This document shows, one piece after another, positions 21,617-30,029 of a stretch of DNA of 64,000 nt. The translations under genes and the position numbers were made by a program. Under the pieces are notes generated by a model. That model made no database searches. It was not told where the DNA came from and was given only the letters and a program-made list of their open reading frames with translations. Numbering within the stretch: position 1 is the stretch's first letter; each line of letters begins with the position of its first letter. Location of the stretch: NCBI GenBank assembly GCA_047947115.1, contig CP170459.1, forward strand, positions 4,096,001 to 4,160,000. The letters run 5' to 3'. This DNA comes from Verrucomicrobiota bacterium (GTDB lineage: Bacteria; Verrucomicrobiota; Verrucomicrobiia; Limisphaerales; AAA164-E04).

Positions 21617-23332
21617 TCAACGGACCAACCAGAGAAACCCTCCGATCATTGCTGCAACCGCAACCCAGGAGAGCAGGAACCCAATCACAGAAATGCGCGA
21701 AGGAACGGGTAATTCAAAATCACTACCTGCAAACCAACACCGCCGTGACGCCGGCAGGGTTCCCTTCGGTAATTGACAACTCTCGGTGATCACTTCTCCG
21801 GACCGAATTGGAGTTCGGATCAAGGCATGGAAACGATTCAATAAATCACTGTCTCTGCGAGGTGTGATCAAACTCGCCAGCACACCCGCCACAATCGCGG
21901 CTGACAGGTAAATGACAATTTGCCAAGGTTCGGAAATGCTGGATTTGGTCGCGCTATGCACTACCAGGTTCCAGTTTTTGGAAACAGGAAGTGATTGAAC
22001 CCATTCAATGATTCGCGGCTGCAAGGTCAACCACCACACAACGAAACCCGTCAGGGTGCTGACCCAGGCTCCAACCCCATTGAACCGCTTCCAAAGAAGC
22101 CCGACCCAGAAAGCAATTCCGAGCATGGGCGCTATTTTCAGCCAAGTCTTGAGTCCGGATACCACATTGGGCATCCAGAACGCGCATGCAACACCTCCCA
22201 ACACAATCATCAACGACACTACCCGTCCTACGGCGAGGTAATGTTGAGGCGTTCGTTCACGGACAAGCGGTTTATAGAGGTTTTCGGTAAAAAGCCCTGA
22301 CGCGGCAATCATCATGGAATCACACGAACTCATGACCCCTGCTAGCAACGAAGCCAGAAATAACCCCAACATGCCAGGCATGGCCTTGGGGAGAAATTCC
22401 GCGGCCATCTGCCCGTAAACCTGATCCGGCTGCACCTCAGACAAATCCATGCCCTGTTGCATATACCAGGCCACTGCAGCAATCCCTGTAACTGCCCAGG
22501 CAGCTGTACAGACACGTTTGATCAAATTGCCCACCACAAAACCAAAGCGCCCATCCATCTCGGTGCGACCTGCCGCACAAACTCCCATGATGAAGGGTTG
22601 AGCCACGATTCCGACCAATGAAAGGACAGCGAACGTTCCAATAAAAAAGGGAGTAACCCCCTCAGGAGCAACCATGGAAAGCATCCCCGGATCCTGAATG
22701 GTTTCCCGCACTCCCTGCAACCCTCCGACCGCGGACAGTACCCAGGGAAGGAGCATTACGGAAAAAAGGACCGTCAGGATGCCCTGAATATAATCCGTCA
22801 CGATAGCAGCCCCCAAACCTCCAGCCATGCCGTAAACCACAAACAACACCGCTACCACGGGCATGGCAAAGGAGGTGGAAATCGCTCCCTGGGTCCCTGA
22901 CTCAATCAGAGCTCCCGCGCCCTTAAGCAACAAACCGATTTTGACCGAAAGCCCGATCATGCCCACCAGGGCAAACAACACTGCTACACTCGAACCAAAA
23001 CGGAGCGCATACACATCAGCCGTCGTGGTGGCTCGAAACCGTCGGAAGATCGGCGCCAGCAGCCAGTAAAACGGAGTGTTGAACAACCACAACCACTGAT
23101 ACCAGATGCCGGACAAACCCTGACTAAACGTCCCTGAAGCAACCACCACCGCCTGATCCGACGCAGTCCCAGTGCCGAAGGCATGCATCATCATCATGCC
23201 CTTGCCAAACTTACGTGGCATGAAAAATTCCGACTGCTTCTGAATTCCCTTCCCTAGACGAATCCCCAACCAGGTAATCCCCAGCAAATACCCCACGATG
23301 ACCGCCCAATCCACCATTGGCATATTACCCAT
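21617..23332 (-). CDS. Sodium:solute symporter (SSS) family protein
   Basis: Many TM helices, DWAVIVGYL start, YGMAGGLGAAIVTDYIQG, LLAGVMSSCDS motifs. Confidence 0.9.
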   Translation of the reverse strand: MGNMPMVDWAVIVGYLLGITWLGIRLGKGIQKQSEFFMPRKFGKGMMMMHAFGTGTASDQAVVVASGTFSQGLSGIWYQWLWLFNTPFYWLLAPIFRRFRATTTADVYALRFGSSVAVLFALVGMIGLSVKIGLLLKGAGALIESGTQGAISTSFAMPVVAVLFVVYGMAGGLGAAIVTDYIQGILTVLFSVMLLPWVLSAVGGLQGVRETIQDPGMLSMVAPEGVTPFFIGTFAVLSLVGIVAQPFIMGVCAAGRTEMDGRFGFVVGNLIKRVCTAAWAVTGIAAVAWYMQQGMDLSEVQPDQVYGQMAAEFLPKAMPGMLGLFLASLLAGVMSSCDSMMIAASGLFTENLYKPLVRERTPQHYLAVGRVVSLMIVLGGVACAFWMPNVVSGLKTWLKIAPMLGIAFWVGLLWKRFNGVGAWVSTLTGFVVWWLTLQPRIIEWVQSLPVSKNWNLVVHSATKSSISEPWQIVIYLSAAIVAGVLASLITPRRDSDLLNRFHALIRTPIRSGEVITESCQLPKGTLPASRRCWFAGSDFELPVPSRISVIGFLLSWVAVAAMIGGFLWLVR

Positions 23333-24263
23333 GATCCGTTCCTTCCCTTGATTGATGACGATACAGGGCAGCCACCGAACTGTTATCCATCTGCCCCAGT
23401 CCCAATTGTTCCGCCTGCATCAACAACTCGGCGTGCAAGGAGGTTAAAGGGACATTCAACCCCTTCGAATTCGCCTCTTCCAACATGATTTTTACATCTT
23501 TCAAGTGCTGTGAAAGTCGTGCCTGAGGTGGTTCAAAATTACCTTGCACCATGCGTTCCCCTTTGGATTCCATCACCACGGAAGCGGCAGGTGTTTGCTT
23601 GAGCACTTCCAGAGCTTTGACTGGGTCGATCCCCAGAACATCGGCAAACGCCAGCCCCTCGGCCAACACCATCCTGTGAAGCCCCAAAATCATGTTGTGA
23701 ACCAATTTGAATCGAGAGGCAGCCCCCACTGCACCCAGGTAAAACGGTTTGCTGGTCAGGTTTTGTATGAGAGGCTTCAGTGATTCGAAAACCACGGATT
23801 CGCCTCCAAAAAACATCGCCGCTTCTCCTTCCCGCATCAGTTCACTGGAACCGGCAACATTGGCTTCCAGGTAATGAACACCGACATCAGAGAGATTTGC
23901 CGACAGCTGTTCCATTTCCTCCGGCTTACCCGTCGTCGCATCCAGGACAATTTGACCGGGACAATATTCTAACAGGTTTTTCTGAACCAACTGAAGCGCT
24001 ACAGAGCTGTTCGGAAGACAGAGCACCATCACATCCGTATGGCCCAACAAATCATTGAAGGAAGCCATCACTTCAACGGCTTCCACCTGGAACGGGTTGA
24101 GATCAAAACCAGACACCTTCCAGCCACACCGAACAAGCCTATGGGCAATCGCGCTCCCCAACAAACCAACACCCACTACCCCTATCGGTTTGGTAGGCGC
24201 TGAAAGAACATCAGAGATATGCGATAACTTTGAACATTCGGTCATAACTGGAACGCTCGACAT
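23325..24263 (-). CDS. 3-hydroxyisobutyrate dehydrogenase-family NAD(P)-dependent oxidoreductase
   Basis: GVGLLG Rossmann motif, GAASRFKLVHN catalytic Lys, HLKD; 8-bp overlap with the SSS gene. Confidence 0.85.
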   Translation of the reverse strand: MSSVPVMTECSKLSHISDVLSAPTKPIGVVGVGLLGSAIAHRLVRCGWKVSGFDLNPFQVEAVEVMASFNDLLGHTDVMVLCLPNSSVALQLVQKNLLEYCPGQIVLDATTGKPEEMEQLSANLSDVGVHYLEANVAGSSELMREGEAAMFFGGESVVFESLKPLIQNLTSKPFYLGAVGAASRFKLVHNMILGLHRMVLAEGLAFADVLGIDPVKALEVLKQTPAASVVMESKGERMVQGNFEPPQARLSQHLKDVKIMLEEANSKGLNVPLTSLHAELLMQAEQLGLGQMDNSSVAALYRHQSREGTDHG

Positions 24264-24406
24264 ATAACAAAGGAATCAACCTGCCTGCAATCATAGTATT
24301 CCCGGAGTGTGACATATCTGCGTTCATTCGCGTCGTCTCCAAGTTCCCACGAATACGAAGATGCGGTTCAAGAACACTCTCTAAATCGATAACAGACTCT
24401 TTTCTG

Positions 24407-24435
24407 TTGACACTACTACCGTGGTAGTATTAGTT
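24407..24435 (+). promoter_or_regulatory. Sigma70-type promoter with a palindromic BlaI-type operator in the spacer
   Basis: TTGACA at 24407-24412, inverted repeat TACTACC-gt-GGTAGTA at 24414-24429, ending 17 bp before the blaI ATG; -10 element not clearly consensus. Confidence 0.7.
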
Positions 24436-24446
24436 CGGTCGTAGCA

Positions 24447-24851
24447 ATGAAACCAAAAGCCTCCACACCTCCTCCCCGCCGATTGGGCGACCTTCAGTTG
24501 CGCATCATGAAAATACTGTGGGAACAGGGTTCCGCCAGCGCTGGCGATGTACGTAAAGCCTTAATCCCGGTAAAAGATCTCGCCTACACCACCGTGGCCA
24601 CGATGCTTCGCAAGATGGAAGACAAGGGCTTGGTCACCCACACCACTCTGGACCGGACTTACATCTACACACCACTCGTGAAAGAAGATTCCGTTTCAAA
24701 AAGCCTGGCAGGTGAACTCCTCGACAAACTGTTCGAAGGAAATATCGCAGGTATGGTGAGCCACTTGCTCACTGCCAAGGATGTCAGTCACGAGGAACTC
24801 GAAGAACTGGAAGCATTGATTCAATCCAAAAGGAAGGAGACCAAATCATGA
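24447..24851 (+). CDS. BlaI/MecI/CopY-family transcriptional repressor
   Basis: LQLRIMKILWE, LAYTTVATMLRKMEDKGLV, LLDKLFEG motifs. Confidence 0.93.
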   Translation: MKPKASTPPPRRLGDLQLRIMKILWEQGSASAGDVRKALIPVKDLAYTTVATMLRKMEDKGLVTHTTLDRTYIYTPLVKEDSVSKSLAGELLDKLFEGNIAGMVSHLLTAKDVSHEELEELEALIQSKRKETKS

Positions 24852-27800
24852 ATGCAGATTTTCAACTCCTGGCCCAGGAATCGGCCACTTTACTCGGTAT
24901 ACATATTACTTGGATACTTTTGTTGACTTTGGGGGCATCCCGCTGGATCCGCCACACCATCCTCAAACGCACCCTCTGGCGCAGTACGTTCGTTGCAATA
25001 TTGCTACTTTTGGGAAGCACATTCTCGGGCCTTTACCAATGGAACTGGATGTCCGGGGTCACATTACATGCCGCAGCCCCGACTTCCCAGTGGAAACCGA
25101 TGCAACTGGTCTCGGATTCTATCGCGACGACTTCCATTCAACCAGAAGCACCTGTCATCAAAATCCGAGATACCAAAGCACCTTCCGTTACGGCAACTAC
25201 GGCAACTACGGCAACTACGGCAACTACGACAACGGCATTTTTACTGCAGTTTTGGTTTCTCGGTATGGTAATCACTTTCAGTTTAATGATGATCAATGCC
25301 ATGATCTGGCGCATTCGAATATTCCGCAAGGCATCACCCGCATCCTCCCATCTCCGATATCTTTTCAAGCAGGCGGCCACATCACTGAACTACCGCGGCA
25401 CTCCACAATTGATCGAATCGCCCATAATTCGCAGTCCTTTGGTGATGGGATGTGTCAGACCGGTGATCGCATTTCCAGTTGACTATGCAAACCTTTACAA
25501 CGCGGACGAGCAACACCTGATCATGTCGCATGAAATCGCACACCTGCGTGAAAAGGATGGATGGTGGCAATGCCTGGCCAATTTGGTCTGCATGGCGGCC
25601 TGGTGGCATCCCTTGGTATGGATCGCACGTCAACGTCTGCGTCAATGCGCAGAAGAAACTGCCGACAACCTCAGCACACAAAACACAACACACCGCGAAC
25701 AACTGGCCACCTGCCTGGTGCGCATCGGTCGTGAACTCAACGCCACGCGCTGCCCCGGTGCCCTATCGATTTTTGGAGCAGGTTTCCGCTCTCAACTTGG
25801 CAAACGGGTTGAACGGCTGATCCAACACGATCCATCTTGGAACGAACGACCGAAAGGAGTCCTCTGGATATCCCTTCGTCTTGCAGCGCCCCTCCTTCTC
25901 TTCGGAGCATTGTTTTCTACCGCATCCTGGTTTGGGACTTATTCCGGATCTAGCGCATCTGATTCAATGCGACACTCCGTTGTCGGGCTGATGCTGATGG
26001 CTGAAGAGGAAGGACCTCCTTATGAGTTTCCAGATTCCAATATCACGCACACAAACAACCTCGCTACATCACAGAAGGATACCATCACCGATGACCATCC
26101 TCATCACCTGGAAAGCATATCAACGATCAACTCAAACACGGTAACCAGACTCAAATCGATCATCGTTCCTGAATTTCACATGACGACGGCCACCTCATTC
26201 TCTGGTACGAATATACTGGAAAACTTAAGAAATTTGAGAAAAACCATCATAAACTCCGACCCCTCGTGGAAAAACATCACCTTTATCTTAAGAGGAAAAA
26301 TCACCCAAGGAAATCCAGGAGCCGGAGTGGTATCGGTCAATGCTCTAGCCCATTTGAAAATGGGAGAGATGGAAGCACCAAGTTTCCTACCCGAATTTAA
26401 TCCCGGAACATTGATCCCACGGGCATCGGACTTACCCGAATCCTCCATGATATCACCCGGATCAAGCCAGGTTGCCACTTTTAGCATCAAGAACGCATCG
26501 GCCTATGACTTGTTGTTGCGCCTATTGGACTCTGAAGATGATGAAGATCATTATCATATTTTGGACAATTTCGTCGTTGTGGATATTGATCATATTGAAT
26601 CATCGGTACAGCCCAATTCACGTGTTTCGACAGGATTTGAAGGGCCACCTTCCCCCACTTTGTCTCCGAATTTCAACGCCACAGTATCACCGTTAAACGC
26701 TGCTGAAGCAGAGGCGCCAGAATTCTACACAAGGGTCTACAAAATGAATCCACCATTTTTTCTGCAACGCATCATGGCCTTGTCCGGTTCATTGAACACG
26801 TCACAAAGTCCTGGTGACTATGATATTCAAAAAACAGTTCACAAATTCATCTCCAATCTCGGCATAAAGAACATCTCAGAGACTGCAGTTTCAAGTTCCG
26901 TAGGACCGGCGCACAACGATGCGTCCGCTTTGAGAACAATACAGGACGCCAAAGCCATTTTTTATAACGATCGAAACGGTAAACTCCTTACGCGACTCAC
27001 ACTCGAGGACCATGACAAACTCGAAGCAGCACTCGCTCTTCTTCAGGACCCAGCCGAACGGAATACCAAGATCTCTATGAGCATGCATGTGGTGCAACTG
27101 AATGAAGCCGGCATCAAGACGTTGAAAGAGTTTGGATTTGATACCACCACTCAGGATTCCGGTCAATTTGAACACACCATCGATACACCCACTTTGGAAC
27201 GATTACTGTTGCGAATGAACCTTGCGCCAGGTGTCGACATGCTTCAGTCCCCTCGAATCACCGCATTAAACGGACGACAGTCCGAACTGAAAGCCCAGGA
27301 ACTGAGACGCATCGTCACTCACAATGAATCCGGCAACATCCAGACCAAAGAAGTGGCAACCGGACCATCTCTGAGCATTATTCCTCAAATACAACCCAAC
27401 GGTCAGTTGGAGATGACAGTGCATTTTGAGCTGTTGGAATTTATGGGTTACGACGACCCCGGTCCCTTTCGAATTGTATCACAAAACGGCAATACTGAAA
27501 CGACAAGCGCTTCAACGAACAAGAATCGTTCAACAATTGACGGATATAAAGAAATGATAAAAGAAATGGAATCGGCCCCCAAACGCGAGACTCCGCTTAT
27601 CATTCTGAAGTATATGCCAAACCAAATCAGACTTAAACACCTCAGCAACGAACTGGAAACCGCTCAACAATCCAAGACACAAATTGAATCAAAGGTGTCC
27701 AGGAACGCCAAAGACACCATCAACTCTCATCGAGAACTTGCCGCAGTAAACGACCTGATTTCAGCATTGCAAAAACAGATTGATCAAGAAGTCGCCAGTA

Positions 27801-28147
27801 TCAGACGGCATATCCTTGCCCAAATGGACAGTCAAGAGCTTAGCGGAGATAACGAGAACAAACCAATTGAATCAACGACCATCACAGCGTCAGGAAACGA
27901 CTCAACTGAAAACAATCCCGTCCCTTTACCGAGGTTTAATCGGCTGGAATTAACCACCAAGACCACTCTCCAATCAGGTCAAACACTGATCATGGGCGGC
28001 CTTAAATCAACCGAAACCATCAAATGGAAAAACAACATACCCGTCATGAGCAAACTCCCTCTTCTCGGAAGCATGTTTCGGCGGGAAGGCACCAGCACCA
28101 CGGAACAATACATCTACGTCCTCATCACCCCTCAAATCCTTGAGTAG
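24848..28147 (+). CDS. BlaR1/M56 metallopeptidase fused to secretin-like domains
   Basis: N-terminal TMs, SPLVMG, HEIAH (25529-25543), WWHPLVW, EETAD, LGKRVERL; C-terminal LQSPRITALNGRQS, TLQSGQTLIMGGL, IPVMSKLPLLGSMFR, YVLITPQIL secretin signatures; ATGA-coupled to blaI. Confidence 0.85.
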   Translation: MNADFQLLAQESATLLGIHITWILLLTLGASRWIRHTILKRTLWRSTFVAILLLLGSTFSGLYQWNWMSGVTLHAAAPTSQWKPMQLVSDSIATTSIQPEAPVIKIRDTKAPSVTATTATTATTATTTTAFLLQFWFLGMVITFSLMMINAMIWRIRIFRKASPASSHLRYLFKQAATSLNYRGTPQLIESPIIRSPLVMGCVRPVIAFPVDYANLYNADEQHLIMSHEIAHLREKDGWWQCLANLVCMAAWWHPLVWIARQRLRQCAEETADNLSTQNTTHREQLATCLVRIGRELNATRCPGALSIFGAGFRSQLGKRVERLIQHDPSWNERPKGVLWISLRLAAPLLLFGALFSTASWFGTYSGSSASDSMRHSVVGLMLMAEEEGPPYEFPDSNITHTNNLATSQKDTITDDHPHHLESISTINSNTVTRLKSIIVPEFHMTTATSFSGTNILENLRNLRKTIINSDPSWKNITFILRGKITQGNPGAGVVSVNALAHLKMGEMEAPSFLPEFNPGTLIPRASDLPESSMISPGSSQVATFSIKNASAYDLLLRLLDSEDDEDHYHILDNFVVVDIDHIESSVQPNSRVSTGFEGPPSPTLSPNFNATVSPLNAAEAEAPEFYTRVYKMNPPFFLQRIMALSGSLNTSQSPGDYDIQKTVHKFISNLGIKNISETAVSSSVGPAHNDASALRTIQDAKAIFYNDRNGKLLTRLTLEDHDKLEAALALLQDPAERNTKISMSMHVVQLNEAGIKTLKEFGFDTTTQDSGQFEHTIDTPTLERLLLRMNLAPGVDMLQSPRITALNGRQSELKAQELRRIVTHNESGNIQTKEVATGPSLSIIPQIQPNGQLEMTVHFELLEFMGYDDPGPFRIVSQNGNTETTSASTNKNRSTIDGYKEMIKEMESAPKRETPLIILKYMPNQIRLKHLSNELETAQQSKTQIESKVSRNAKDTINSHRELAAVNDLISALQKQIDQEVASIRRHILAQMDSQELSGDNENKPIESTTITASGNDSTENNPVPLPRFNRLELTTKTTLQSGQTLIMGGLKSTETIKWKNNIPVMSKLPLLGSMFRREGTSTTEQYIYVLITPQILE
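25190..25234 (+). repeat. In-frame 9-bp tandem repeat (ACGGCAACT)x4 plus a degenerate copy
   Basis: Encodes TATTATTATTATTTT in the loop before a TM helix of the M56 protein. Confidence 0.9.
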
Positions 28148-28349
28148 CCGCATTCGCCAGAATGTGGCCCCCGAGCTAACCACGCTGGCAAGCGCAACTA
28201 CAACAGTAGCCGCATTCGCCAGAATGTGGCCCCCGAGCTAAACCACGCTGGCAAGCGCAACTACAACAGTAGCCGCATTCGCCAGAATGTGGCCACCACG
28301 CCCAACGCATCCCTTCCCTGCAACACCACGCTTTGACAAATGCGGCTAC
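28144..28349. repeat. GTAG-type REP doublet (REPIN/BIME-like) array, three pairs
   Basis: GTAGCCGCATTCGCCAGAATGTGG at 28144, 28206 and 28269; related inverted copies ending CTAC at 28180-28201, 28243-28264 and 28326-28349. Confidence 0.8.
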
Positions 28350-28364
28350 GGTGTTATGCCGCTA

Positions 28365-29957
28365 TCAATCCTGATGCATTCGCTGGCGTTTGGGTGTTTG
28401 ATTCTTTGAGGCTGCCTGATTTGCCGCCTGCTGAACAGCTGCCTCCAAATAAGGTCGAAGGCAAATCGGTTGATCACTGCGGCCGGTTCGTTGATAATCC
28501 GTCCAAAGTGTTTCAGCAACAGGTTGGGGATCCAGCCTCATCTGTTTGGTCAGGTATTGAAACACGTAGGCAACCAATTTGGTGAGAGCGATCCCGTGCC
28601 GGTTTCCTGTCGTCCCGTAAAGCCAGTCGCTGAAGGCCATGAAGGCATCAAAAGGATCTTGTGTCGTGCTCCAAATCAGCGGAACCGTGCCAATGAAATT
28701 TCCACTGTTGCCAACAAGATCCCAATATCTGGCAAATCGCTTGATGCGCTGCAGGCCTTCAAAACCGAGGTGCTCGTTCTTTAATATTTCGTAAGGTGGG
28801 TTTTCATCATAAACCATGTTGAATGCCTGGTCATGACGTACAATCGGCGTGCCCCTCAGGCGCTTCAAGATCCCGATCTGAATTTCATGGGGATTCAGTT
28901 CGATGAGTTGATTGAACCCATGTCCGAATGATTCCAAGTCTTCTCCGGGCAATCCGGCGATCAAATCGACATGCAGATGGACACCGGTTTCCTGACGTAA
29001 GAACCGGATGTTATCCCTGGTTTTATCGAGGTTCTGACGACGACTGATGTTGTTGGAAACCTCATCGTTGAAAGTCTGGATACCTATCTCAAACTGGACT
29101 GATCCTTTGGGGAATTTTTGAATCAAGCCCCTAAGCGCCTCCGGCAAACGATCGGGAATCATTTCAAAATGCAGAAACAATCCGGGTTCGTAAAGTTCCA
29201 GGAAGCTTTGCAGAATGGTCGAACCAGTCTTGATGTTCAAATTGAACGTCCGATCAACAAACTTGAAATGCCGGACGCCTCGATCAAACAGCGCCTTCAT
29301 GGACTGCATGAAGCAATCAAGTTCAAAAGCGCGGACCGGAACATCCAAAGACGATAGACAGAACTCACACGTAAATGGACATCCCCTGGAGGCTTCCACA
29401 TATATGATGCGGTTGCTTACATCGTCATCGTTGTATTGGTCATAAGGCAGTTGAATTTCACTCAATGTGGGGGTGGGCGAGTGGATGATTTGTGGCCTGT
29501 TGCCAGTCACAACCTGCGATCCTGATATCAAATCCCGACAAAGTTGACGAAATGTTAAATCCGCTTCACCCGTCAGGACAAAATCCACACCATTCAGCCA
29601 CTTTTGGGAAGCGGTTTCATAACTGACTTCGGGCCCCCCGAGCACGATCTGAATGGTCGGCCGGATTTTTTTAAGCAGTTGCACGAGGTGACGCACCTGC
29701 GACACATTCCAGATATATACCCCTATGCCGACGATATCCGGCGCGTGGCTGAGAATACGCTCGGCAATATCAACGATGCGCTGGTTAATATCAAACTCAA
29801 CGATACTTGCCTGATCCTGCAGTTCTTGCAGATTGGCATATAAATATCTGAGACCAAAGGACGCATGGATGTATTTGGCATTGATTCCGACCAAAAGAAT
29901 GCTTTTGGAGCCAGTCTGGTCAAGGCAGACCCCGATCGATGGTTGATCCAGTGTCAT
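28365..29957 (-). CDS. B12-binding-domain radical SAM protein (DUF4080-type)
   Basis: INAKYIHASFGLRYL, GVYIWN, LGGPEVSY, EASRGCPFTCEFC, FVDRTFN, HVDLIAGLPGE. Confidence 0.88.
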   Translation of the reverse strand: MTLDQPSIGVCLDQTGSKSILLVGINAKYIHASFGLRYLYANLQELQDQASIVEFDINQRIVDIAERILSHAPDIVGIGVYIWNVSQVRHLVQLLKKIRPTIQIVLGGPEVSYETASQKWLNGVDFVLTGEADLTFRQLCRDLISGSQVVTGNRPQIIHSPTPTLSEIQLPYDQYNDDDVSNRIIYVEASRGCPFTCEFCLSSLDVPVRAFELDCFMQSMKALFDRGVRHFKFVDRTFNLNIKTGSTILQSFLELYEPGLFLHFEMIPDRLPEALRGLIQKFPKGSVQFEIGIQTFNDEVSNNISRRQNLDKTRDNIRFLRQETGVHLHVDLIAGLPGEDLESFGHGFNQLIELNPHEIQIGILKRLRGTPIVRHDQAFNMVYDENPPYEILKNEHLGFEGLQRIKRFARYWDLVGNSGNFIGTVPLIWSTTQDPFDAFMAFSDWLYGTTGNRHGIALTKLVAYVFQYLTKQMRLDPQPVAETLWTDYQRTGRSDQPICLRPYLEAAVQQAANQAASKNQTPKRQRMHQD

Positions 29958-30029
29958 GGCAATTTCCTGAGGACGCGTTTGTTGAGCTTAAAATGTAATC
30001 ACGAAAATGGGGACAACAAACGAAACCTC

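Noticed and set aside
28144..28349. CRISPR array
   Set aside because: The first two 'spacers' are near-identical and themselves contain inverted REP copies; there are no cas genes
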